From Eutreptiella sp. 'Long Island Sound 2002' (taxonomy: Eukaryota; Protista; Euglenida), in the NCBI GenBank assembly GCA_964036045.1, contig OZ038378.1, positions 105,648,001 through 105,712,000 on the forward strand: DNA of 64,000 bases, read 5' to 3'. The notes under the pieces were generated by a model that saw nothing but the letters and a program-made list of their open reading frames with translations, was not told the origin of the DNA and ran no database searches. The position numbers and the translations under genes were made by a program. Of the stretch, positions 37,643-49,590 are shown one piece after another. Position 1 is the stretch's first letter, and each line of letters starts with the position of its first letter.

Positions 37643-38513
37643 ATCAGCTTGACCGGGATTACGAGCCCCGTGGCCACATATCGGAGGAACGAGGCGATAC
37701 CCACAAGAACTATCACCCGCATCTGTACATCGTCGGGAAGCTTGTCTGCCGGATTAGTAGGAGGGTTTTGTGGTTCACCTTCACTGCACGCATCGTCGGT
37801 CAAGTCAGTGGGCGGGTTCTGTGGTCTACCCTCAGTGCGCTCATTGGTTGTTGGCTGGGACCCTACATGAAGTGTCATTCTAAAGAAGGCCGAAGCGAGA
37901 AGGATGAGGTGAGGTGAGCGGAGGGGAGGGGAGAGGGGTTTGGTTTGGTTTCGGTATACGGGTCACGCCACGTGCACCCTCCGAGTCTCCCTCACTGCCT
38001 CACTGGAGGGGTTTTCACCATACTTGCAATACAATCTTTGTGGTGCTCACAATTAACGCGGAAAAAAATTACACAACCTACAACATGCACCATTTGGACC
38101 AGCCACCCTAAAGATTTGCATGCTCCCACTCGAGTTCATTTGCATCGTACGTACTTTTGCAATCTTCAAATTCCACATTAGACAAACAAGGTATGAACTG
38201 TATGGCCCATGGGTGCATGTCCTTTCTACTGTATGGCAGGAAACTACCTCCCCCCCCCCCCTTGCGCACACAACAGCAAAGGCACTGAAAATTGCGGAAA
38301 CAATGCCTCATGTTGTTTGGACAAGGGCGTTGTCTACGCGTGACGTCTCCTTGGACTAGGCCGAATGGCTTGGGCATCTTGCAGAGTTGGAGAACAGCAT
38401 GTTGGCCCCCATAAGATTGGGGTCGGGGTTTGGACAAGCACAGCAAACAAAACATGATCCCCAACCAGCAATTCACGCCAAACTAAACCAAACATACTAC
38501 TTAGCCAACAAGG

Positions 38514-39360
38514 CCCCAAAAGTGACCCTATAAGCATGCCGACGCTAATTTTTGGGCATCTAGTGCGCAAACCCCTGCGGATGATATCGAATACTTTTTT
38601 GCCCTTTCTTTGCTTAATCAAATGCTTAAGAGATATACATTACTCCCAGGTTTCCTCGACACACTATGCTCCATAAATGAGAATCACAAAAAAGTCCAGC
38701 CACAGCATGGCCCCCAAAAGTGATCCTATAAGCATGCCAACGCTGATTTTTGGGCATCCAGTGCGCAGACCCTTGCGGACGGGATCGAATACTTTTTGGC
38801 CCATTCTTTGCTTAATCAAATGCCTAAGAGATGGACATTACTCCCAGGTTTCCTCAACACATTATGCTCCCTAAATGAGAATGACAAAAAAGTCCAGCCC
38901 CGGTAAGGCCCCCAAGAGTGACCCTATAAGCACTGACCCCCAATGCGATCCAAACACGCCTCTATTTCTCAAAATTGGGTCTCGCAGTGCCTACTTCTTT
39001 TTGCACCACTACATTGCCGGGGACAAGACGCAATTCTACAACCAAAATCAGGGCATAGCCCGTGAAACAATTGTGGAGTAAGCGGCTTGCAACAAGATAC
39101 ATTAGATGATAAGGTGCAAGCACACCATACCAAACCATGTCACGGCTGATTTTTGGGCATCCAGTGCGCAGACCCTTGCGGGTGGGATCGAATACTTTTT
39201 GGCCCATTCTTTGCTTAATCAAAATGCTAAAGAGATGGACATTCCTCCTAGGTTTCCTCAACACACTATGCTCCCTAAATGAGAATGACAAAACAGTCCA
39301 ACCCGAGCAAGGCCCCCAAAAGTGACCCTATAAGCATGTCGACGCAGATTTTTGGGCAAC
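38514..39360. repeat. 198-bp tandem repeat, interrupted at about 38935-39145
   Basis: AGTGA(C/T)CCTATAAGCA at 38521, 38719 and 38917 (198-bp spacing) and again near 39320. Confidence 0.85.
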
Positions 39361-41628
39361 TGGTTGAACAGGACTCCACTTCTCTTGCTCATCTCCTAAT
39401 ATTTTGGACATTTTTTTAATCAAACTTATCGAGCCCATTATTTCATGGCGACACTCTGTTGCTGCTCATGACTGTTCTTCCCTGGCTTCATTTCTTGTTT
39501 GTGCACCTGGTGCTCACTGCATGTTCCATCGGAAAAAAAACCAGCAACCAACCCACAGTTGCCTCAATCAACTAACTCTGTAGTGCACATGCTATGTGTT
39601 TGTTTGATGCCATGGTTGCTTTGCATTTGTACTGTAATTTACTCACTCACAGCCACCTACGGTCGTAACGCATTCCTTTCAATTTACAAAAGATGGGGTT
39701 CAGGAGCCCCTGGAAAGGCTTGCTCAATTTACTCAAGATGGGGTTTGGGACTCCCCACAACCGGTTTTGGACCTGAGGCTTTCCTCAAAGAAATTGGCTC
39801 TTCACGTTGTTTGGTCAGTGCTTAACTTGATTTTTATTTTGTTTCCCCCAGACATGCAATGCAGGCAAATCCTGATAAAATTCGATTGCATAGCAAACAC
39901 CCAACCTGCCTGACACCTGGGTGCTCAAATATTAAAAACAAATCTGAGTACAAGAGAATCAGTTTTGTATAATAAATTCAAACACAGAAACAACCCATTC
40001 AGCAAGCATGAAAGGGTAGTTTCAAGCTAGTTAGATGTGGATTATCTCATGAACATATTTTTGAACTCTAGAAAGATCCCAAAAAATTCAATCTAAAACT
40101 GGGAATGCAAGATGGCCCTTCTAGGCTTGATAATCTCCTTACCTGTATGATGCTGACCATTGCTGTGTCCCACCATCCATTTTCTGCCTTGCAGTCTGGA
40201 CATATCCAATAGTGGAACAAAACACGTTCCTCGTTGCTGCACAGACGCTTACGACCAAAACCCAACACCTCTTGATCAACCCTGTCAACTATCATCAATT
40301 TGTTGACTCCTTACCCCCCATTGCCTGCCACATCACCTCTTTTTCCATGGCACCAATATTGATTGCTTCACATATTCTGCATGGCATCATCCCAACCCTT
40401 CCATCCCCAACAAGGGAATTCTGCATCCGCACCATTTGCATTTGGGGGTGGCTGCGCACCGTGCGCGCACCATGTGCGCACCGCGCCCGCTATTGGATGA
40501 AATCTACCGACAATGGTCCCCCATCAGAAGCCCTCAAAATAGTGTCCCTTTGAGGTCCTCCAAGTATGGTATACTAGCCCGGGGCGTGTGCTCTGAACTG
40601 GGTGTGTGGGCCCTTGGTACACCCCCACTGTGCGCACCGTGGGCGCACCGCGCCTGCGACTCCCCCTTTGTCTTTGACACTGCTGTCCAAATGCAAATAA
40701 GGCAACGGCGGTTGATCAACCAGCCCTTTCAAATTAAAACATGCGGAGCGCTAATGGATGTAGCATTGGATGGCAGTGGCAGGTGTGATATTGCATTCCT
40801 CATGAACGCACACATTCGAAAAGCATACTGCTTGCTTTTGTTCAGGGTATTTGGGTCAAACCAGCTGGGAAAGTGCTCTGCCCACATGTGTCCAATCCAT
40901 GATCAAACAAGTTTAAATTGTTGCTGTCATGATGACTGTAACAATGGTCCATTGAATCTGGACACAACACAAACATGCTTCAAGCACACTGCAAGTATTT
41001 CATGGACTGTACCAAAACGCACATATACACAATGTACAAGATTGTCAACATTCACTGGGGTCGGGAAAGGGTCAGCTTTCAACACATAACTACCACAATT
41101 TCTAAGCATGATGGCTGGAACTTTGCAAGGAAAAAGCTTAATTCATGGGCACATTCAACAAACGAGCAGGGCACAAAATTGGTCTGCCCACAGAACTGTG
41201 TTGCATTCCATTTTGTGGATTGCATGAAAAGTGCTGCACTCTTTGAAGGGCAGTGAACTGGATCTTGCAGAATACAAGATGGATGATAATTGAGAAACTC
41301 CTTACTACAGACTCTACAGGACAGATTCATGGTAAGGTGTGTTGCCAAAAGATGGGTTTGGCAAGCAAGGGTTTGTAGTCCTTGAGCAATCGAACCCACT
41401 GTACGTTGTGGGGCCACCAGGGAACGTTCTTGTGAAATGACCTGCGATAAGGAAACAGACAGAAACAAAATTAACACAAGGATGGGCAGAGGAAATTATC
41501 TTCAATTAGGGCAACCCATCCCAAATCATCTACATGTGCAATCACCGCTACAGCCCTCGTAAAACAAAACGCAAACGGGCATGGTCAAGGATAATATCCA
41601 TGCACTGAGCACGAACATGACTGCAGTA

Positions 41629-42355
41629 CCCCCCGTGTCCAACGAATAATTATGTCCACAAAAAATACGGTTCGAACGGGTAGTGTTCGTTGGACACAGT
41701 GTTCGGTGCGCGCGACAATGTTGTGAATCGGCGGTAACGCATCCCTAGGCACGAGATACCCAGCCCATTCAAAGCACAATGCGATGGAGACTTCCCTTAA
41801 CACTTTTCAGAGTAGAAGCCCTTGTTGCGGTCCCGCTTCATGCGGAAAAGCTGAACGAACACTCGCCATCATTGTCACTGTCAGAGTCATCAACACCACT
41901 ACTATCATCGGAGTCACCTGAGCCATCCGTATCAGTTTGTGACCCATCATCAGAGTCGGACTCAGGATTATGCTTCTTGAAAAATTCTGTGTCCTCCAGT
42001 TGGGACAACTTCAAACCACTTGAAAAATAAGCCGTGCGGCATGCCTCACGAATGGCATCATCCGTGATGGCCGCAAAAGCACGCACAACCCAGTTTGCAA
42101 CCTCTTTACGCGAGGGCTGAGGTACCGGCCCCTGTTTTCTGGTCCGGCCCATGATGTTTTCCTCCGCCCACATTGCATACTCCTCCTCCAACATACATTG
42201 CACCAGCCCCTCATTTCCCCGCACCTTTAGCCTAAAACCTCGATTCTGATGTCTGGTACCTAATTATGTACCGAATTAATTAGGTCCACAAAAAATACGG
42301 TTCGAACGGGTAGTGTTCGTTGGACACAGTGTTCATTGGACACGGGGGGGGGGGG
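41629..42355 (-). mobile_element. Internally deleted pogo/Tigger-type (Tc1/mariner) transposon
   Basis: TA TSD at 41627-41628 and 42356-42357; TIR CCCCCCGTGTCCAA / TTGGACACGGGGGG. ORF 41838-42224 contains PSRKEVANWVVRAFAAITDDAIREAC, resembling a pogo transposase C-terminus, plus an acidic tail. Confidence 0.8.
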
Positions 42356-45300
42356 TAGCAGGGGAATACCCTAATGCCAATGCCAAAGCCCAAGCGCAGC
42401 TGCACAGTGCCCAGCGGATATCCATCCGGTTAATCAACATGGCCAACGGGACGTGTACCGTCACGCCATATGGATCCACCAGAAGGCCACACACACAAAC
42501 ATCTGTATGGATGGTATGGACAGTGTCCTTCCCCTATCTAACGGAACTGCCCGCTGGACGCCAAAAGGAATGACCAGGGACCACTCTGTACCGTTCCAAA
42601 GCACCGATGCTGTGATTTGTGTGTGGACAACGCCACAAGCCCATTACGCACATCACAAATCACGGCAGAAAACGTTGAACACATGCCTGCGCGCCCCCAC
42701 TTGCTCGGTTCTCTCGCAGCTTGCTGCTTCTTCCCATAGTCTTTGTTGGAGGTGGAGTACAACGGATGGTCGTTGCGGCGACCAGGAATGTCATTAATTG
42801 TGATGCTGTTGATTTGCCTCTCCAAGTCGGCCTAGCACACAAAGCAGGAATACAAAATACACCAAACCATGAGTTGAGATGCGGTGAGAGAATGAGCCTC
42901 ACAACAACACCGAATCAGCCCAAAACAACGCCATCGAGTCCTCGTTCGAAGCCATGCCTCAAGAAAGAGCAACACATACATCGACGTCATCATGGGGATG
43001 CCAAAAAAGGAAGATGGATCGGCGTCACCGGGAGGTACCCGTTAGAGAGACGGGGGAGGGGCGTCACCGGGAGGTCCCCGTTAGAGAGACAGGGGGGGGG
43101 GGGGAGAGAGAGAGAGGGGGGGGGGGGGGCATTAGGTGCACAAGAAATCGATTCACTTGGACACCATTCATTGTCCGATGAACCGATTGGGGCATATAGC
43201 CCAGTTTGAAATAAGGCCGATGGTCATATATGGACTTCGGTCCCATTGTAATCATTCGGAAATGACCTTTGCTAGGCATCTTCTACGCGTTGCAATCCGA
43301 ACTTGAGGGAGACAACGAATTTTCGATCGATGGCCCATGTTCGTGAGATTGTTGTGCACCCCGTGCGCCCTGCATTTGAGCCAAGGGCCGGGCAGCCCGC
43401 AATGAATGTGAAGAGGCCGAACATCGCTCACCACGGCCTTGGTATCGGGGCGCTCCGGAGCCATGGAAAATTGGGGCTCAACATCCATTATGATGTGATG
43501 GAATGAAGCAAAAGCAAATAACGGTGGCAATCCATGCCACACTCTGATTGTCATGGGAAAATCGCTCCTCGAGCACCAAACTACCAGGAGGAATACCTTC
43601 GCAAAACGACACAAGACTAAGTAAGGGCAAAGACTAAAACTGGTTTGTTTCATTACCACATTCGGATGACAGAACACACCTTTTGCGCACGACGCGTGAT
43701 GGATTGTTTGATTGCCGAGTCCGTCGTGTTACGTGCGTAGATGGATGGTAAGGTAACCCCGGCCATCGGTTCGCCTAAAATATTGAATGCATTATCACAC
43801 CTTCTCAAACTTATGCGCAATGAATTGGGGGTGACAAAACCTCAAAATCTCATGTACCCTTGGCACTATAGAATTCGGCGGGCATTGTGAAGCCAACACA
43901 ATAAAGGCTAGTTTTTTGAAGAGAGGGGGGGAAAGTGTTGGACAAATCGTTCTTGCATGCATTGGATGATGGGTTGCCTTTGGGTTGGCGTTGAACGACC
44001 AAAACCTCAATCTCATCGCATCGGTCACATTCGTCAATTTGCGGTGACGCCTTGAACTTTTCCAACCATGCACCACCATAAATCCTAAAACGGACATTTG
44101 GCACGAATACATTGCGCTGAAAAGCAACACAAATTACATGTATATCTAGTTTCTCTAGTACATATCTATTACAGTATAGTATCACAGTATTATATCAAGT
44201 TTCTTCTAGTAGGTCCACGTACGAAGCAAGTACCAGGCCCATGGTTTGCAAATTACGTTACAATCCAAGCACCCACCACCTTGCAGTGGCCGCACTACAG
44301 TTATCAGGGCTAGGCATAGCGGTCCCCACCCCCCCCGACCCCCTCCCCCCCTCCTGAGTGACGAGTGTCAGATGACAACCGTGACAGAAATGCGGCACAA
44401 GCAAATAACACACTGAACGCCGGCCAACACATTTGTCCATGCATGTGCTTTTAATCACTGTCACTGTCAGCCGAGGAGCAACTAACATTGCTGCTGCCAC
44501 TGCTGCTAGAAATAGAGCTCAAAGAAGAGGCTGAGCTACAGTCCGAGCCAAGATCACTGCTGTCACTCCACTCCAGGTTAGGGTTAGTGTTGCCCCCCCT
44601 GTGTTTAATGTCTGCTTTCATTGTTTAACATCCATTTTGTTGTTTAACAAATGGCTTGGGGAAGGGGTCAAGAGCGTGGAGGGGGGGGGGTTAAGTGTGA
44701 AGTACTTGTTAAGTGCATAGGTCCCCCCCGCGAAGGGGGACCCCTGTTGTGAAATACAACATGCGTGTAATGCACCCAAAACCTTCCACTTTCATGACTT
44801 CCCTGCAAATGGTACTGTCAGTGGCCATCATCTCCATCTGTCACTCTCCATCTGTCACTGAGTGACAGATAGCCAGACCCCCTACCCCACCCCCACCCCT
44901 ACCAAAAATTTTGACCCGTTCGTATGCCCAGCCCTGCTGTGTATCTATGGGAGGGTTGTGTGCGTAAGGGTTCCGAATGTACGCCCAAATTTCCGCCGTT
45001 TACGAGACGGAATTGATATTTTTTCAACTACCATGTTTTTTCAATCCTGCTTTGTGCCCCATTACGTTCAAGCATACACACACTACGATATTATGGGCGT
45101 CGTAATAAGCTTTGCGTTCGGCAATTGGGACAAAGGCATCCACAAAACACATCCTTGAATTGTCACTTCGGAAGCCTAGTTGCTCCCTTAGGTAAGTTCT
45201 TCGCCACCACATGGTTTTCGCACGGTTTCATGGATAGCGACCTACCGTGAACAATTGTCTCTTACGGAGCTTTCTAGAGAGACATAACATAACCCCCCCC

Positions 45301-45719
45301 CTCAATTCGGCAAAGAAATCCCAACAATTCGGCAGAACAATTTGGCGGACGGATTTTTCGGCAAAACAGGTTCCCAGTGACGTGAATCGCGGTCCTAGGC
45401 CCCAAACACACCTTCCTTTTGGTGGCTGTGCAGTTAGAGTCATGTGGAAAACCCAAAATCTCTGTCCATTTTCAAAAAAAAAATCATCCCTCAGTCTGGT
45501 CCTTGAGTAGTGGTATGCCAGCTGCAGTCATTACTCTTGTGGTATGTGCACTGAGCTGACAGGTGAATGATGATGATTCAAATTCCACTGTTCCAATTTT
45601 ATCACCTGTGCTACAGTGGTCAACCTGATGGGGAAATTGTTTTTTCATGCACAACAAAGCCTGCCGGAAGAAGACGACTGACTGCACATAGGCTTCCCAT
45701 TACAACAGCATTGGCCTTA

Positions 45720-47301
45720 GGGGCAATCTTGGCCCGGCGCGCGCCCGGCGCGCTACTTTTCTATTAAGTATCCCGACTTTACCCCCAAAGTTATCCTCAC
45801 CCAGAGAAGCCCCCCAAGTAGACCACACTGGACAACCGACCTTCCTTGCAAAGCACGTTGCATAAGACCAAATCTGAGAATACAACAACACCAAATGTCA
45901 CTTACATTGTGCTTAACAAATAATATGATTCCCACAAGTGTGGGTGTCAATACATTCAGCACAATAGTGCTCCTCACACTCACCACAAACTGTGATGGTG
46001 GAGCGCTTGTGACAACACATTGCGCACACTTCTGCCTCATCCCCTCCCTCATCTTGCGTGGCCGCCGAGTTGCTTTGGTCCGTCCAAACATGAGGCGGGA
46101 CATGGTCCCATGGTCCATAAGGAGGGTGGCGGACCTGCCTCCGAATGCAAAACTGAGAAAAATGCAATAAAATGCGGACGGACTGGTGCAACTCATTGGG
46201 GCCGCCACGCCAAATGTTCCTAACCAATCCCCAATGCCACAAGCCAGCAAACAACTGCTCAATGCGCGCCCGATACCACCATGTACATCATTATAGCATT
46301 GTTGCCGAGCTATCAAAGTTCCATTCTTTCTTCCAATGAATGGCACAATGACATGCACTCGGCCCTTATAAGCACCATCATGGCCCCCAACCTCAAAATC
46401 AAAGAAATCACCTCTGGTGCGAGAAGGACCATACCCATCCCAAATGAGAACATCAGCGGATGTCCCGGGGGCCAAGGGGCGGATCCATACAATGTTGCCC
46501 AACATATCAACGGCAACTGTGACCTTGAAAACATGGGACGCATACTTGGGATTCCAAAGGTCAACACTCCATATCCCACCGATGGAACTAATGGGCATGG
46601 AGTCCGTGAAATGCGTCATGAAAAATAGAAAATGGGGACAATGGTTGAAGGGATTCAACCTGTTAGACCACCAAATTTCTTGTACAACATGATTAAGGTA
46701 TTCGCGAACACGGGCAACGCTTTGACGCCAAGCTTCCTCTGAACACCCTTTGGTACCCAACATAAAAACACCACTTTTAGCTGGTGGTGTGTGCTTCATC
46801 CAAAAAAAGAAACGGAACATCTGTTCCCGGTCGAGCAGCTTAGGATGGCCATATTTTAGCCAAGATTCCTCCAATGTGTGTGCATCCGCACCCATCCGTG
46901 CAACTTGGGTACGTACACAAGTAGTGCCACCACAACGGTTCTCCCACCACTTGACACCACCACCCTTGCCATCGTCATAAACCGGGTGCAAAGGATGGGC
47001 CATGTTCTTAGACACGGCGAGAAGGTACTCCAAAATCTCATCCGTCGCCTTCTGGTTCTCCCTCTCACACTCTTGCTCTGTGTACTCTCTTTCCGCATGG
47101 TGGGGAGAAATCAATATGGCTACATCACCCCTGCCTTCTCGGGGTCCCCATGGTGGGGAGGGATCAATATGGCTACATGGACGTGGTGGAAATGAGCAAA
47201 AAAAAATGTGTGAAAAAGGTCGAAAATGGGTGAAACCGGGGGCACAAACGGTCATGGGTGGGAACGGTCAAAAAAGTTTGCCCGGCGCGCTAAGACTCCC
47301 C
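45720..47301 (-). mobile_element. PIF/Harbinger-superfamily (IS5-like) DNA transposon, single ORF
   Basis: TTA TSD at 45717-45719 and 47302-47304; imperfect TIR GGGGCAATCTTGGC / GCTAAGACTCCCC. Confidence 0.8.
45913..47255 (-). pseudogene. Harbinger-type DDE transposase with one frameshift and a C-terminal Cys/His finger
   Basis: HTH-like REQMFRFFFWMKH; catalytic FTDSMP, GHDGAY and RARIEQLF (after repairing a 1-nt deletion near 46278); then CAMCCHKRSTITVCGECEEHYCAECIDTHTC. The true start is probably downstream of 47255. Confidence 0.8.
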
Positions 47302-47412
47302 CTTAGAGTAGTCAACTTGATGGGAAAACTGTTTTTTCATCCACAAACAAAGGCTGCCACAGGAAGACGAATGCACACAAGAATCCCATCAAAACATTGC
47401 TAGCCTTTAAAA

Positions 47413-47688
47413 TTGTTATCTGCAAGCGCTGCAAAGCCAGGTGTCCGGAGAACAATGTACAGAATAGTTGATGACGGACCATATAATAAGAGTCCGAATG
47501 ATGGTTGGGCGGTAGTAAACCTCTACCTGATTGGTCCCGCAAACGTGACCACCATCCAGGGTATACGTCCTGAAAATTGGACGAATGTCCTCAACAACCG
47601 TCAGTGGCCGCCCACCTTCCATGAGGAAGTAAACCAGATCTTCCAGGAGGTCTGGCGGATCCTTGAGTTCCACAATGGTTTGCTATGA
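47413..47688 (+). CDS. Unknown short ORF with protein-like composition
   Basis: 91 aa with natural-looking composition; no recognised motif. Confidence 0.2.
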   Translation: MLSASAAKPGVRRTMYRIVDDGPYNKSPNDGWAVVNLYLIGPANVTTIQGIRPENWTNVLNNRQWPPTFHEEVNQIFQEVWRILEFHNGLL

Positions 47689-48958
47689 TGGCTTTGATGC
47701 TATGATGGCTTTGATGCTAGCTCCGCGGGCAGAGAAACCGGCTATCATGAATGCTTGAAGTAACAAGAGACAACAAATCCTAGGAGACCGCAGATATGTC
47801 TTCTTGTGGGTAGTAAGAACACCCCGCCTTCTGGTCAGGTGTCCAAAATCCCAGAAACCCCAACAAGTCGGCAAAACGAATCGGCAAAGTCCTGGAAACC
47901 CAACAAAGCGGCAGAACAATTCGGCAGAATCCAGAAACCCAACAATTCAGCGAAATCGGCCGAATGCGGCCGCCGAATTGGGGCCATGATGTCAGATTTT
48001 GAAATGACCAGCATGATCTTGACCTCATGCCAGACTCACTCATTTCAATGTTTGCAAATTGTTTTGCCTTGCTGCCACTGCAGCGCAAACCAGACCAGTG
48101 CCGAATGTTGCCTTGAGTTCACCACTCGAGGTGGCTATCGAATGTATCATGGGCTGATTGGGTCGGCTCTTCCCCCTCCCATGGCGCCGGTTAGCCACAA
48201 ACCTTGCACACTGGGGGATAGAGAGCTCAAGGATTGGGTAAGATTGTGCTCGTTGTCACTCTGTCTCCCGCGGCTTTGTCAACAACAACACATATGTTAT
48301 ACGGGCCACCTCTCCCACCCCCGCCCCCTGCCCAAACAGCATGTCCTTGGCCCGTTCAAGAACCAACGGAGTGCCAGTTGTCCAGTTGTAGTGCCCCGCC
48401 CCCTTCGTACTCACCCCCATCACCAGACTTCCGTGGCCTGCCGCCAGCGCAATTTGCACTCTCACCTCCCACCCAAATGGCTGGGCTTGTGGCTTTCGGA
48501 CCCACCGAACGCCAGTGGCGAAGTGCAACCTCACCTCAATGTCCCAAGCCATCCGGGCCAAAATCGAGAAAAGCTCCTGTGCACTCAGCATGATCGGTTG
48601 GCTCCACCGCGTCACAAAGCCAAAAGTGTAACGAGACTGCGTCACCTCGCGTCACCTCTGTGATTGCACCCCATACTTCCTGGCGATCATGCCACCATCG
48701 GATGTCCTCTATGTTGTTGCGATCATCCTGGTCCGCACGAGCCACCTCTCCTCGCGTTTCTTTCTACTGGACTTTGAAGTGTTGGCGTTGCTGGTGTCCC
48801 TTACCCGTCATGGCCAGTGGTAGGGTCCATCACTCATGTTGCAAGATGGCAGCTCTTTGGACAACGGGTTGGACTGAGACAACACTCAGCCCTGTCGGCG
48901 GAGCCATCACTCCACCCTTTCAGCCCACCCGCCCCATCGAAACCCGTTTCACACACGC

Positions 48959-49590
48959 TCAGTGGGGTGAGAACGACGACGGCGCCAACTTCATTCGCTT
49001 CACTCGCTTTCTCCCGTCACTGGCATCCGTACCGTAGTCTGCTACACCCTCCGAGTCAGAGTCTACTAGTTGCAGCCCCCGAACTTGTGCAGGGTCAATG
49101 TCCCCCCCACCACAGTTGTCTCCTTCCGTGTCTGGCTCACTCATTTCGATGAGACCTAACGAAAGCCAGATTGAGCCCGGATCCTCGCAATGTAGACCCG
49201 TCTCCATGTGTTCTTGTACCACACTTGTTTCCGGGACTGGCGAGCCATGCCCCTGCGGTTCCGGTGATTGTTCCGGTGCGTGCGGGTGTTGCTCTCCCCT
49301 CTCCGTTGCAAAAGATTTGCGCGATTGGGCCCACATCCCACTCAGGCACATGCCCTCCACGGATAGCCGGTGGGCCGTTTCGTTGCCCTCCATGCCCGCA
49401 TGACCCGGCACATAGATCCACCGGAGCTCTCTGTCTGGCCGCTCAATTTCTTCCAGCAATTCTTCCCAAACGGGTACATTGCTTATGGGCCCCACTCCCC
49501 CGCCCACCCGTGCCATGCCCTGCCATTGCTGCACTTTCCCCTGTGCCCCGATGATCAGATACTCAGAGTCCGATACAATGGCCAGTTTTT
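48959..49590 (-). pseudogene. C-terminal half of a LINE-type RNase H (third family) with an acidic/basic tail
   Basis: LAIVSDSEY, SNVPVWEELL, WIYVPGHAGMEGNETAH. It starts at the G-run at about 49594-49610. Confidence 0.8.
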
